Source of the DNA: Octopus vulgaris
Taxonomy: Eukaryota
Assembly (NCBI GenBank): GCA_951406725.2
Contig: OX597826.1
Location: 39,866,001-39,930,000 of the forward strand
Direction: 5' to 3'
DNA length: 64,000 bases
Shown here in pieces: positions 1 through 15,495 of the stretch (positions are counted from its first letter, which is position 1; every line of letters starts with the position of its first letter). The notes under the pieces are model-generated. The model did no database searches and had not been told where the DNA came from. It saw only the letters and a program-made list of their open reading frames with translations. A program made the position numbers and the translations under genes.

Positions 1-1010
1 TTTCTCATCATTAAGAAGTCAAATCGAAAACATTAATACTTAATAGCAATTCTATTTCATGTTGGCAATAGAATACTTGCTGCAAATAATTTAGATCAAC
101 ATTACAAACTGATACATAATGTTTCAACAAACCATTTCCACAAAAATTAAAGAAAACGAACAAAGCAAATATATAATTACTAGATCTGCTAAACACCAAG
201 CAGACCTCAAAAAAATTGCATCATGCTGTCTTTATGTACAGGTATGAGACTCCATGTCCCCAACAGAAATTTGCGTACTTTTATATGTGCCCATCATTAA
301 AGAACTTTGAGAGACCGGTGGAAAGACAACTGGTTACTTCGTTCTTTTCTAATTTCACATAGTTCCAGTTGCGAAGAACATAATGTACTGTGATGTTTTA
401 ACACCTTCACCTCATATAGACTATAGCATTAGACGTTTATACAACACAAATACAACTCTCTGTATGTCAGCTACCGTGTTTCAGCCAAAAGAAAAGAGCA
501 ATGAAACTGGTAGGATTACCAGCTGGAGATTTAACATTAGATATCCCTTCTCCTACTTTGCTATTTAAAGCAACCCACGTGGTAGTGGTGGTGTGGGGGC
601 TGCTTTCTGTTACCTATATTGATTATCTGATTTGAAGTGGGTGTTCAACCATCAGATGTAATTTTGGAGTGTCCCCGTTCACCATCTTGAGTAGTATTAA
701 TTTCCGATTTCTGACTAAATAATTTCAGATCCTACTCAAGTGTCATCTGTCCTTTTATTTCTCATGCTGAGTGTCTAGTAAACCCTTCGCAATATACACT
801 TCTGCCCGTGAGTGGCTTAGTCGCGAATGCCTGACAAAGAAAACAGAATGTACTGGATAAACATGTTGCGAGTACGTTCATACAATAGCGCGTGCAATCA
901 CACGCACACACACACAAACACACACACACACACACTCATACACACACATACACACACACACACACTCATACACACACATACGTGCACATACACCAACATA
1001 CATAAAAACG

Positions 1011-2218
1011 CAGGGCATTGAAAACTGTGAGAATGAACGAAAAATTGAAGTCAGAAAAATTGCTGAAAATAACAACGACAGGCTCTATGCTTACTAATAA
1101 AATAAAAAGGCATGCTGCGATTGTGACTTTGAAGGGTAAGCATGGGGATTTAGGAATCTCTCGTTTTCTGAAAGTTGCAAGACTTTTGTCCACAAGATTC
1201 AGTGTTAGAGAAAGAGGATGGAAACGTATTACCTGTATCAAAACGAAAAACATCATTCCAAACGTTCTGATCCTATCAGCACACCTGGATTTATTCAGAA
1301 AGTTAAACAAAACATGAAGACATTCCGGGAAAGTCAATGAAGTCAATTGCAAAAAGATTCCGTGCGTCAGAAAAAAGAATCAGAACTGTTGTGCATGAAG
1401 ACACCAGATACAAATCTTACCTGATGAGGAGAGGTCAATTCATGTCAGAAAAACCCCAAAGAAAACAGTTTAATCAGATCCAAAAAACTTTTGAACAAAC
1501 TTAAAAGTCCATCAGGAAATGGTGTAATTTGTTTTTTCTCAGATGAGAAGATCTTTGACCAGGACCAGAAAACTAACGAAAGAAATGACAGATGCCTATG
1601 TGCAGGCCCTTCGGAGGTTCTAAGAGTAATGCACACAAAATTACCTGCAAGTGTCATGGTTTGGGATGTTTTTAGCAATGAAGGACATGTGCTGCCTCCT
1701 TGCCTTTTTCCACAAGGCCTTAGGATGAGTGCTGCTACGTATATTAAGGTTCTGGATAAAGTTATTAAGCATTGGATCAACAGCGTATGCAATGGAAGGC
1801 CTTATGTCTTCCAACAAGATTCTACACCAACACACATGTATGAATGGCCGACAATTTGCAAGGTCATATTGCCCCCAACATTTGGCCTCCTAATTCTCCA
1901 GCTCTCGATCCACTGGACTACTATGTATGGAGCATCGTTGAGAAAAATGTCAATGAACACCCCTATAACACCAAAGATTCTTTGAAAGCTGCCATAGTTC
2001 GCGTTGAGCCTAATATGAAAAAAGACTACTTAATCCGAGCTTATAAACGAATTCGACCCCGCGTAGAGTCAGTTATTGATGCTTAAGGTGGCTTTATTAA
2101 ATTGATAATATAGCTTTATGTTTATGTTATTTCTATAAAAAGACTTTGTTTTCTGTTATTATATAAGCGTTTTTTTAAACCATAAATCTGTCCAGAAATA
2201 CCGTCCGTCCGCACCATG
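1011..2218 (+). mobile_element. Degenerate Tc1/mariner transposon, maT (DD37D-like) type
   Basis: Frameshifted transposase pieces in ORFs 1018-1317 (KRHAAIVTLKGKHGDLGISRFLKVAR), 1491-1985 (FFSDEKIF...VFQQDSTP) and 1844-2086 (WPPNSPALDPLDYYVW). Plausible right end ...ccgcaccatg followed by TA at 2219-2220; left end uncertain. Confidence 0.85.
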
Positions 2219-2456
2219 TATACTTTAGAGATATAATGTTTTAAAATTGACCAGTATTTAGGTATACTTCAGGCTTTCTCACATATTGTTCCGTATAATT
2301 ACTATTCTCATTACTATTACTAATCTTATTTGATTGAAAATATAATACGCCAATTGTCTGCCTATCTGTTTGTATCCCAGCCTCTGTGTGTCAGACATGA
2401 GTGTATATGCAAATTTGCTCGCAAATCTCTCTCTCTTCATACATATCCCCGTATAC

Positions 2457-2506
<50 letters not shown>

Positions 2507-2566
2507 GCATACACATAAACACACATACACACACACACACAACACACACACACACACACACACGCG

Positions 2567-2622
<56 letters not shown>

Positions 2623-3851
2623 AAAGAGAGTTTGTGTGTGCGTGCGTATGCTCCTTATGCATCCCAAAACGGATTTGCCGATTTTGATGTCTAGGATACC
2701 AAATGATTCAGTAATCTTTTAGCTGCCAACTAACGGTGTTTTCATCACATATTTGCATTACAAATACTTAGCATTATAAGTTTTCTTTTAATCACATATC
2801 GTAAACGACATTTTACACCACTACCACAGCGACGACGTTGTAGGAGTCTGTTCGCGCGTTCTTTACGTATGTCAGCCCGATGAATAAGAAATGTATATGT
2901 GTGACAGTGTACGTGTTTGTCAGTATACATACATTTGAATGTATGTCAGTGAAGCGTGCCGAATTTGAAAGAGTTCAGTTTAGTTGCGGCCTGGATGTTG
3001 AACGAACAATAGAGCTCATTTTGAAGTATCACCAGCATGAAGATTTGGCTGATTTGACAGCACTCACAATACTCGCAAATATATCTGGAAAAAATGTTAT
3101 TCTGGTTATTATAACAAATTCGGAAACTCGGTGAAGTAGACAGGCTTAGCAGCTCTTTCAATATAATTACAGAAATGTTATTCCACTCTTTATAACCAGT
3201 TTGAAGATAATGCTTTTTTAAAAAATCCTATCATCCGTATCGTATTCCTGCTATGGTGCTTCATCACTGAGCTTTCAACGCCGCACATACTTTTTACTGC
3301 ATTAGTCAGTATTTATTCTACTGTCTATAAACTTACACAGTTAAAATAAATAGCAATGTCAAATTGCTTTATGTCTTGCTCCATACATCCTTCAGCAAAT
3401 ATTTTAAATTAATCAACGTTTACAACACCAATATATTCTTTTGTATACACTTTGTTCACCGTTCGTTTCAAAATTGTAAAATAATAAATTATTTTTGTAT
3501 GAAAAATTCAATTATGCCTTCTGAATTTTCACTCTCTTCACCGTGACGTTCATTCAATCGTGAATTTCATAACATCTAGTAGAAATAAACGCTGACTTTC
3601 TGTACTTTGCTACGTTGGTGATGCATATTAACATTTGCTAAATCGGTGACTTCCAACGCTGGAATATTTCTTTTGCACCTATGTTCACTGCATTTAATTT
3701 CGCTTGAACTTCGTGTGCGTAGGATTGCTGTTTTCAATATTACCAATTCTATGAGTTGGTATGTGTCTGTGAGTGTGTGTATGCCTTTGCGTTCGTTACG
3801 TCTATAGTAAACTGCAGTAAAGAACATTTTACGCTGTTTTAATGAACTCAC

Positions 3852-4011
3852 ATCTAATGAAGTAGCTATCATTATGGTAGTTATCATTCGTGTTCGAGAT
3901 AACAACCTTAAACATGTTTCACAGCTCATCCCTCTTATCATGCTCTCCAGTATCCTCTTATTCTGTGGAATGGACAAGTTGGGTATCATTTCAATATTCC
4001 ACAGATTGAAC
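3852..4011 (-). other. Candidate 160-nt internal exon of an unidentified gene
   Basis: Minus strand acceptor tttcctgttgcag|G and donor GAT|gtgagt; one open frame (FNLWNIEMIPNLSIPQNKRILESMIRGMSCETCLRLLSRTRMITTIMIATSLD). Protein not recognised. Confidence 0.3.
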
Positions 4012-4847
4012 CTGCAACAGGAAATCCATTTACAAACAAAAAGGTGTCGTCAAATGACTTCTATTCGTACCAAACGATATCAAGACCAGAACAATCAACT
4101 CAATTATACATGTCAAATAAACTTCATTTTCATTTACATATTTTTTACGTTATCTCTACAACCAGCTATAGTTATTTGAAATAACTGCTCTACAACGATC
4201 AGGTTTCAATACAAAGTGAAAATAGTTTTACATTTTCACTTTGAACCACAATTACAAAGTATTGGATTGAGAGGTATGATGTGTGAATAATAAATGTAAT
4301 GTTTCTCTGAATCTGCTTATCATGTATCTACCAAATGAACTATGCTTTTGGCACAATTCATTTCTACTACTAAAATAACCTCGGAACGAGGTCGGCTCGC
4401 ACAATTTGGAGTTCATTTTCGGGCAATATTTCGATTTGATTCTAATGTTTCACTTTCGTGCGATGTTTCACTCATGCGTAGAATTATACTCAGACAAACA
4501 TTACTGAAAATGTACACATGAATATCGTATTAAAATAAGCCACAATCAAGCAAATTGCATTAAAAGACATCCATTTCTCTATACGTTATTAAAAAAAATG
4601 CAGTCACTCACTCACTCCCCCCTCTCTCTCTCACGCACACAGAAAAAATATGTATACATAGGTATTTATCTCTGTGTATTGCCGAACAGTCATTTTAACG
4701 AGTTGTATTTACTAATCACCCGCCGAGATACATCTACACCACCGGATGCTCCTGAACCACTTGTTGAGTGTCCCACCCATAACAAATGATATTAGATGTG
4801 TCGAAACAATTATCGTGATTAATAATAAATTCCATTATATTATATAA

Positions 4848-5090
4848 GGCGCTGGCGTAGCTGTGTTGTAAGAAACTTACTTCCTAACCACGTGGTTCCG
4901 GGTTCAATCCCACTACATGGCACCTTCGGTGGGTAAGTCAGTTATATCGACCCAACACTCAACTGGTACATATTTCATCGACCCCAGAATGATGAAATGC
5001 AAAGAGGACAACGGCTGAATTTGAACTTAGAATATGAATACTGACGAATTTCGTCAGTCTTCATAATCCCTTGCCAGATGGGCTGACGAT
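4848..5090 (+). mobile_element. Degenerate tRNA-derived SINE (head plus central domain)
   Basis: A-box-like tagctgtgttg and B-box ggttcaatccc; head resembles 57103-57258; downstream actggtacatatttcatcgaccccagaatgatgaaa...gaatttgaact resembles a Nin-type SINE core (from recall). Confidence 0.6.
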
Positions 5091-5379
5091 TTTTCATATA
5101 TTGCCTATATGAATTTTAAAAAATGATTATATTTCTGAAGCACATGTTGATTATTTCATCGGAGAATCGGAGAGTCAGTGCGAACAACAGAAATATTAGG
5201 GAGATATGATATTATGGAAGAGTAGAGTTATTATTAAGACAATTTTTGTCAATAATTTAATATTCATTATAAATTCGTTTCAAGTTTAAAACCAAAGATA
5301 ACAGAACTGCTTTTATGATTAATCAGGATATTGCACACACAATGTTGGGGTGGAACTGGAAGCCTCAGAATTATCAAAT

Positions 5380-6100
5380 TAGTGTGTTAACGAGAAAATT
5401 TGATAGGTGCCGTAAGCACTGAGAAGATGCCAATTCATATCTGCAAAAACTCAGGTAAAACCATTTGGCCTGTTGCAAGCGTTTATTTAACAAGGCTAAA
5501 ATCGTACACAAACATAATATGCTTTACTTCTTCATTGATCAGAAAAACTTCGATCGAGACCATAAGTTTAACAAGAGAAATGACCAATTGTTATATGCAG
5601 ACCTTTCTGATGTCTTCACACTGGTGTCTACTCAGTTTCCGGCAACTGTAATATTTGGAGTGGTGAGTAACGAAGTTCACATAATGATATTACACATCTT
5701 TCCACAGGATCTTAGAATTAATACTAAGGGATATGTTGAGATACTGGAGACAGTTGCTACACCTTGGATGGAAGAATCATGCGGTGGAAGGCGATAAGTG
5801 TTCCAGTAAGATCCAGTACTTACTTGCAAAGCTCATATAGTGCGAAAATCGATGTCAGACAATCTTTACGATTATATAATACTAAACAGATGACCTCCAA
5901 ACTCGTTAGATTTCAATTTCATGGACTACTAATTTTGGAGCGCTTCTGAAAAGGAGACTAAGTGATATTCTCACAATATCCTTGCTTCACTAAGGTTGCT
6001 ATTGTTCAGGCAATTTCTGAAATGGATAACGACCATTCAGTGCAGAAATGTCCTTCATTAAAAAAAATTTCCCGATGCTGAAAGAGAATTCATTGAATAA
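5380..6100 (+). mobile_element. Second, more decayed maT-like transposase relic
   Basis: ORF 5465-5797 (FFIDQKNFDRDHKFNKRNDQLLYAD...TQFPATVIFGVVSNEVHIM...FPQDLRIN) aligns by eye with the 1491-1985 peptide; stops and frameshifts follow. Confidence 0.75.
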
Positions 6101-7114
6101 TCTTATATGAGAGTTTACAAAGGAAAATGTGCGTTTGGTTTGTGATAGATTAAAGTAGTTCTATTAAATTGCATAACTTGTTTTCTCACAGACTGTATAT
6201 TTTAGAAAATATTCTTCCTACTGTTTTATTTTTTCTATTTTCTAGAGATAATGTACATATAAGATAGTGTATGCGCTTTCAATCACTTTCCTTATTTCAT
6301 CAACTGACTAGCATGCTTGTTAATTTTCTTTTATAGACACGCATGTTATTATACATATTACACACACATACATACACACACACATACAAGCGCGCGCACA
6401 AATATACACACACGCGCATGCAAGCACGCACACAAATACGCACACACACACAGAGAAATAGTCAGACAGGCAGACACACACTCATATACACACTTACTAA
6501 ATATAGGATTTTGAATTTATTTTCACTGCTGCACAACTGCAAAACACCCAGCCATTAACTTATTTATTTTATAACAAGAAAACAATAGAATTGCTATCTT
6601 TCTTGATATACTTCAAATCAATAGTATACGATCTACATAAATTTCCATATTTCAAGAAGTATGGGATTGCATACATTTAAACATCTCAATTAGTATCTCA
6701 AATCATATCTCATATACTAGTGTTACTGTAAAATTCGCACTTCGTTCGTTCGTTTTAATTCCCAACCCGCACCTCTCTTTCTTATCATTAAAGTTTTACA
6801 AATAATCTACTATATCTTTTTAAACAACTTTTCATACAAAAAGCTTGTAAAACTAATTCCTTATACTTTAGATGTTATCCATACATATTCCGATCACAAA
6901 CAAAATTATAATCGAGTATTACGAAATTTATACAATTTAATTCCATTCAAGTTTTTAATCCTATTCATCTTTTGTATTTCCAATACGAATTCGATATCTC
7001 GTTTTTACAGTCTGTTTTCACTTTTCACAAAACGGATATACACGAAGAACAATCATTACTAGATAGATAGATAGATAGATATATAGATATACATAGATAG
7101 ATAGCACCACCCAT

Positions 7115-7165
<51 letters not shown>

Positions 7166-7687
7166 TCGGCGTTTTTGCATTGATGATTTTATCGATATCA
7201 GACAATCAGGTTGTATATTTACTTTGACAAAAAAAAAAGTAAATAAAAATATTACTTAATGCAAACCTAATAAATTTATATCAAAATCAATACTGCTTAT
7301 GTATCGAAGATGGGAATAATCCACACGAGTGAAGTTACATTTTCATGGCAAAGCTTCGTTAATCTGAAACTCTAATTGAACACTTATCCGTCACATTTAT
7401 GAGCTGACGTACTTTTATGTATCTGTGTGAATGTATATAAATATTTTGTTGGCTGGTTTCTACATATAGAGACAGTTAATGCTATCTAGTTCCCGAGAAT
7501 GAATTACTGTCCAATAGTGGGAGGGGTGGCACTATCACTATGAAACACTGCTGTTTATTAGACCACCAAAGTCCTTACCCCAATGGCGGTTTCACCCACA
7601 TCGTCTGTAGGGACAAGCAGCTAAAAAGTTGTGTTCACATTTGAATGTGCAGGGATATGTTTAGAATAGCTGCACGTATCGTTGTTG

Positions 7688-7747
<60 letters not shown>

Positions 7748-7778
7748 TTTATAATTATAATTATAATAATAATAATAA
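7688..7778 (+). repeat. (TAA)n microsatellite
   Basis: Direct reading. Confidence 0.95.
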
Positions 7779-8288
7779 ATGCCCTGCCCTGCTGCAGTAC
7801 CAGACATTGGCTTGCATGACTTCTGATCTTAACTGATTGGAAGTGTTATCATATACATTGTTTTGTCTTGGTATAAAAGATGGGCTACAGCAAATATTCT
7901 GCTCAATACCACAGATTTGCTTGTCAGTTGTTTGACCTTAACCAGTTGAGCATGTCCCTTAGTGGCTGACGATATGTGCATCTCTGATAATGAGCAGAAG
8001 TAGTGGGAGATCATCATAGCCGTGTGTTGAGAGAGATTCTTTGGGGTTTGAATAATGCACTTTTTGAGCGGGATGGGTTACTCGACCAGAGGAAAATTCT
8101 AACTGGACCCCACCTGCAAGGTCATGTGCTGTTTATCTTGGTATGAGATCTTCATATTGCGCACATATGGTTGTGATGCATGATGTGCCTAGTGTATCCT
8201 TATCAGACGGGTAGTCATGATGTGTATACTGGGTTTCATATATTTTACCCCAGTGTCACTTTGATGGCATGCACTGCTCTCTCATTCC
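7779..8288 (+). mobile_element. Non-coding interspersed repeat embedded in (TAA)n, copy 1
   Basis: Highly similar to 9709-10200 and 26453-26777; TAA arrays on both sides; lacks a roughly 60-bp internal block present in copy 2. Confidence 0.85.
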
Positions 8289-8642
<354 letters not shown>

Positions 8643-9708
8643 AAAGACAAAACGAAGAGCACGATGCGATTGCAATAGATATGTTATTGGTTGAACGGTA
8701 TTTCGACAGCAAGCCTGTCTTTGTCTAGTTCAAATTAATAAGTGATAAAATTTCACAACTATTGAAATTCAAATCTAAAATAGGAACGGAAGCAGCAAGT
8801 GTCCACACGTTGATGGAATGAAATCATTATTTTTGAAGTTTCAATTTTATAACAGGCGAAAAGTAAAAGACAGAAAAAAACGAGAACAAGTGACAAAAAT
8901 GAAAGAAAAAGAAAAATATTCACTCACATAGCTTTATCTCATAACTGGCTGCTGACGAATTTTTTCTGCAAAATATCGATACATTATCCTGTTCATGCTA
9001 TTTCATTAGCATTATTCTGTATTTGAGAATAAATTATTTCCTTATCTCTATCTTTCAATACATCTCAACGCTTCTAAACCAAAATTTTTTACTTTCATCG
9101 TATGTTTTGTATAAATTTGATGATATTCTCCTGTCATTGTATTCATTCCTCCAGGGCGTGATGTTGACCCGCAAACATATTTCTCATATACATTTTGAGT
9201 ATTGAAAGGGAAGCAGATTCAAAATTTTTTCTGAGAATATGTACTTTGAAGGTTTTTTATTTTCAAAATTGCAGCCATTTTAAAGAAAATTTTCGGCACG
9301 TTCAGTCGAACTACTGTTATTGTGCCTGACGTCAAGCCCTTTAAAGTTTCTGTTCAATTGTTCTGTTTTACAACCAACATAAAGAAAGTTATGTTTCGTG
9401 CATTATGCTGCGTACAGCAAATGTGAATCTTTACATGTCTACCTTCTGTATAAATCGTAACATCTTTGTTATGATTCCTGATGGAATTCATTTCACTTGG
9501 AATTCATTTCACAATGAAGTGCTTACCTCTCTTGCGGCTGCTTTCCAAGGTACAGCGGGAAGATACATCAATAAGTGTTTTATTGGAGTCAGAAATAGTG
9601 GTTAATACATTTCTTATATTCTTATTCCGTCTTAAAGGCTACAATAGGCGACTAAGGAATATCTGTTTCAAATAATGATGATGATAATGATAATAATGAT
9701 AATAATAA

Positions 9709-10200
9709 TTGGAAGTATTATCATGTACATTGTTTTGTCTTGCTATAAAAGATGGGCTATTGCAAATATTCTGCTCAATACCACAGATTTACTTATCAAT
9801 TGTTTGACCATAACCAGTTGACCTTGTACCTTAGTGACTGACGATATGTGCATCTCTGATCACGAGCAGAAGTAGTGGGGGAGCATCATAGCCGTGTGTT
9901 GAGAGGGATTCTTTGGGGTTTGAATAATGCACCTCTGGAAACATGCGTGTTTCGTTCAACATCCTTAAACAACCCTTATTCAGGGACCTTTTGAGCAGGA
10001 TGGGCTACTCGATTAGAAGAAAATTCTAACTGGACCCCACCTGCAAGGTCATGTGCTGTTTATCTTGATATGAGATCACCATGTCGAGCTTATATGGTTG
10101 TGATGTATGTGCCTGGTGTACCCTTATCAGACGGGTAGTCATGATGTGTATACTGGGTTTCGTATATTTTACACCAGTGTAACTTTGATGGCATGCACTA
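9709..10200 (+). mobile_element. Non-coding (TAA)n-associated repeat, copy 2 (5'-truncated)
   Basis: Matches 7838-8278; starts directly after a TAA/TGA array and ends in TAA repeats. Confidence 0.85.
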
Positions 10201-10221
10201 AAGATAATAATAATAATAATG

Positions 10222-10282
<61 letters not shown>

Positions 10283-10318
10283 TGATGATGGCGACGACGA
10301 CGACGACGATGACAACAA

Positions 10319-10350
<32 letters not shown>

Positions 10351-10399
10351 ACAACAACAACAACAACAATAATAATAATAATTGCTTAATTAAATAACC

Positions 10400-11215
<816 letters not shown>

Positions 11216-11240
11216 TACATACATATAAACATACATGCAT

Positions 11241-11286
<46 letters not shown>

Positions 11287-11349
11287 AAATATATACACTC
11301 ACATATATATATATATAAATAGGTGTGTATATGTGTGTGTATATATATG

Positions 11350-12690
11350 ATGGACTCTTGCGTCAGTTTTGACGTATAAGGCTCTGGCAACGTATTCTTT
11401 GTTTGTCAGTCATGCTTATGTTGAATGTGACAGCTTATATGTGAAACATGGTCGACAAACGTTCCTGTACCCACTCCCAAGCTGGTTGTACATGAGGACT
11501 TTGGGTATTCTTTCGTCACTCATTCTGACGACATGGCCAGCTCAGCACAATTGTGATTGTATAAGGAAGCTTTCAATTCCACCAATCTTATACTTGCTAA
11601 AGTAAGTCGGCATTAGAAACTTTGTCTTTTAGTTAATAATTGAATATTGTCCTCAGACAGTCCTTGTGAAAGATGTCTAGTTGGTTAATGTGTCGTCCAT
11701 AGGGTATCCATGATTTTGAGCCATACAAGGGAGTAGTAAGAACAGCTGCTTTATAGACATGTACTTTGGTGTCAAGTTTGATGCCCCTTTCATTCCATAG
11801 GCTATGACGGAGTTTGCCAAATGCGTTGGTTGCTTTTGCAAGACGGTTGACGAATTCATATATGAAGAGAAGCGCTCAAATTCACGTTGCAACCAATATA
11901 TGTAAATGGCTTCACATAATTTAGGCTTTTCCCTTCAACCTGTATAGGAGTGTCAGAAAAATTATAAACCGATGGCCTCCACTTGATACATCGAATTTGT
12001 TTAGGAGTACAGCAAGGTTGGTGGATTAATACCTTCTTTATGCTAATGGTCAAACCAAAGGCTTTACATGCAACAGGAAACCGGTCTAGAAGTTCCTGAG
12101 CTTCCTCTAAAGAGGCCACTACAAGTGCAGCATCATCTGCAAAAAATAGATAACGAATGATACTGGTGCGTATCAGTGGTATGGCTTTGAAACACTGATG
12201 ACTGAATAGTCCATCACTTGTTCGAAACTGGAATTTGACACCACTTTGTATGTTGCCAAAATTATCCCTTAGCATTACAAACAAGATGAGCGCAAACAAA
12301 ACAGGGGCCATAACATAACCTTGCTTTGTGCCGTGTGTAACATCGAAGGAAACCGAAGATTACCCACCAGACACGACAACAGCCTTCATTTCCTCATTAA
12401 AGGAGATGATAACATTCAACATCATGTCGGGTATACCAAGCTTTTTCAGAACTTTCCACAGTACTTGCCGGTTAACAGTGACGAAGGCCTTGGTAAGGTC
12501 AGCAAATATCATGAAGAACTCTTGATTTTTCTTAAGTACCTTCTCCATGACCTGACGGACGAAAAACATCGTGTCGATAGTGCCACGATTAGAGCGAAAT
12601 TCACACTGTTATTCTGGAGAGATATGATTTATAACAAATTTGATGACCTGTCAAGAATGAGTCGAGCAAGATATCTTACTAGCAATAGAG
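11350..12690 (-). mobile_element. RTE/BovB-like LINE RT relic
   Basis: MFFVRQVMEK...FADLTKAFVTVNRQVLWKVLKKLGIP (12360-12569) and APVLF...FQFRTSDGLF...LFFADDAALV...FGLTISIKK (11856-12311); stops and frameshifts. Confidence 0.85.
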
Positions 12691-12694
12691 AGAT

Positions 12695-12992
12695 ATGCTT
12701 CTACTATAGCCTCGTGTGGACCAAAGCCGCGTGAGTTCATTTGGTAGACGGAAACTGAAAGAAGCCGGTCGTGAATATATATATACGTTTGTGTTTCTGT
12801 GTTTGTCTTCCCACCATCGATTGACACAGGTTCTTGCATCCCTGTATCTTAGCGGTTCAGCAAAATGGACCGAGTGAATAAGTACTAGTCTTACAAAGAA
12901 TAAGTCTTGGGTTCGATTTGTTCGACTAAAAGTGGTGTTTAGGCGGACCGCAGTCAAATGTCTGAAACAAGTAAAAAAATAAAAGAAAAGAG
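12695..12992 (+). mobile_element. SINE body and tail (5' head missing)
   Basis: tttggtagacggaaactgaaa shared with 57103-57258; ends ...gcagtcaaatgtctgaaacaagtaaaa. Confidence 0.7.
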
Positions 12993-12993
12993 A

Positions 12994-13030
<37 letters not shown>

Positions 13031-13325
13031 GCAGAACGTATGCACAAACGTTGATATCATACATCAGCTATTATAGAGAACTAACCATTGTAGAGAATAC
13101 AGAATCCTCGCCCTTCCAGTCAATTTGAATACTTCCATTTTTACTATAATCACCGTTTACTTTGTTGTTTATTTTGTTTCTTATATATTACCTTTAGAAT
13201 CTGATCTAGGAATATTGTAGAAAAATAACGAGTTTATTCATTATTACATTCATGTGTGTATTCAGTACATCCTGGCTCTCTTTTTAACTCTTAGACATAT
13301 ACATACACGTATACACATGCATATA

Positions 13326-13368
<43 letters not shown>

Positions 13369-14800
13369 GCATGTATAAATATATGTCTGTGTTTGTGCGT
13401 GTGCATGTGTGTGTGCGTAGTGCGCATGTGTGCGTTCTCATAAGTATATTTTCAGATACGTATATACATGTGTATATGTGCCTGTGTGCTAGATGAATTT
13501 CTATTCAATCGCTATACATCAAGTATTTTTATCGAATCAAACTCTACTTCAACTTTTTTTCCTGTTCCACAGACTAAATTAATATAGCTTTGCCTACCAA
13601 ATGCCCAATATTTATCTAGCTAAACGCTTAATACATTCAAGATAATCTATGAAGCTAGGGAACAATGGATGCATAAACCAACAGGCAATAGATATTCCAC
13701 TATATTAACATCATACAAAGCTTTTCCATTTGAAATGTTTTCTATGAGCTTATATGAAATAATATCACTAGTCATATCCACGTCGACAATGTATAAAAGG
13801 TACAATAGCTTCGGCCTGAATCAACTGCCTTTATGCTTATGTTTAATAATGTGGTCTCCAATATTACAACACTTCGCTTTTTATTTTACTCTCATGCTTT
13901 TCTTTGCTTACGTTTTTATATGCACGAGAGTGGTCTACAGTTCTGAGACATCCAGTTTCAAACTGAGCATCATCCAAACTTCAAATCTCTGTACATTGTT
14001 GGGGTTTGTTACAAAATTCGATACTTTGTTGTGCTATTTCCATTTTCACTATTAAAATATGTCATTAAACCAAAATTTTGGAATCTGTGGACTGTTTTGG
14101 GTATTATTATTCGTCCTGACGGAATGCACGTGTTTGTCTACTCGTAAGGTGTTGCTCTAAATTTTGGTTTCCAAATGTTACTTACTTTGTTTCTAAACGT
14201 TTGACCAAAACATTACTTTTGCATAGGTTGGTTGCTTGCTCTCTTAGTGCCCCTTTGGGGGCTGTAATCATAAACCAATTTTTTTCTAAATTAATTTTAA
14301 AAATACAAACAAACTTGGTGAAGCCAGGCTTGTTGAAAGACATAGAAGAGGAGGCGAGATGTGCTTCACACAGAGAGGAGGAAGATGCCGTAGTACCCTC
14401 CGCCTATTACTCACAAATAAAAGGGGAAACGAGCACAAGCAGGTTCAAATTCACACACAGGAAATTTCCAAGTCGCCAATAAAAATAAGAGTAGCAACAA
14501 ATGACAGCTCATAGCAGCAGCACCACAAGCACAACCGTTCCATCAGCACCACCACTACAACAAATAAGCTAAAACACAGCACATAGTAACAGTATCATGA
14601 CAACAACCAACTCCACAACGAATAATATCGTAATAAATGGCAAAAAATCTTTCGCTGTAACGGCGGCCAAGGGCAAAACTCATACATAGCGTTTACTTCA
14701 ATCTAAGATGTTCATAAAGTAATGTTGGACAAGACAACACATGTTCATTATTTACATTATTTACATTTGACGAATATTTGTCCTCATCTTGTTTGTTGTT

Positions 14801-14846
14801 AACACAACGTTTCGGCTGATATACCTCACAGCCTTCATCAGGTGTC
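14801..14846 (-). ncRNA. Minimal type I hammerhead ribozyme (Penelope-like repeat end)
   Basis: Minus strand GACAC-CTGATGA-a-GGCTG(tgaggtatat)CAGCC-GAAAC-GTT^-GTGTT: canonical core, 5-bp stem II, palindromic AACGTT stem III, 5-bp stem I. Confidence 0.75.
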
Positions 14847-15003
14847 TTGAGGGAAATCTCGAACCTTGGTTCTCATTCCGAAGGTATTGGGTCTGTTGCG
14901 TTTGTATTTGGTAATGTTCTATTTTGACTAAAATGTTTCGTTGATATTTATATTGACACATATCGGAGAACTCAAAATCTGATTTTCTTTATGCGTAAAT
15001 GTA

Positions 15004-15232
15004 CAGTAATCTCTCGACTATTGCAGGTGTTACGTTTCAGATAGGTGAAAATCCTTGAAGTAGAAACAGTAATGTACCGTATATATTTTTTATTTATTAT
15101 CTTTATAGTTCGTATACATTTGTTTTATCATAAATGCAAAAGAACACCACAGAGGAATCGACGTAAGCTTAAGTAATAAATCACGATAGGTGAACCGTGA
15201 TAGGTGAACCGCGATATGGCGAGGGATTATTG
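15004..15232. mobile_element. Tigger/pogo-like MITE
   Basis: TA flanks at 15002-15003 and 15233-15234; imperfect TIR cagtaatctctcgac vs caataatccctcgcc (12/15). Confidence 0.65.
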
Positions 15233-15303
15233 TATATATGAATGATACATGTACTTATTTATGTAGGTGTCCATCCATCCATCCATCAATCCATCTATCT
15301 ATT

Positions 15304-15373
<70 letters not shown>

Positions 15374-15458
15374 GTGTGGTGTGTGTGTTTATGTATTAGA
15401 TTTAGATATATATGTACATATTTGTAAATATACATATTTGTATTCAAGTTTGTATCTT

Positions 15459-15495
<37 letters not shown>

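Noticed and set aside
9202-9344. Possible TTAA-flanked Kolobok-like MITE
   Set aside because: The right end gccctttaa is suggestive, but the left end matches only a few bases; no convincing TIR.
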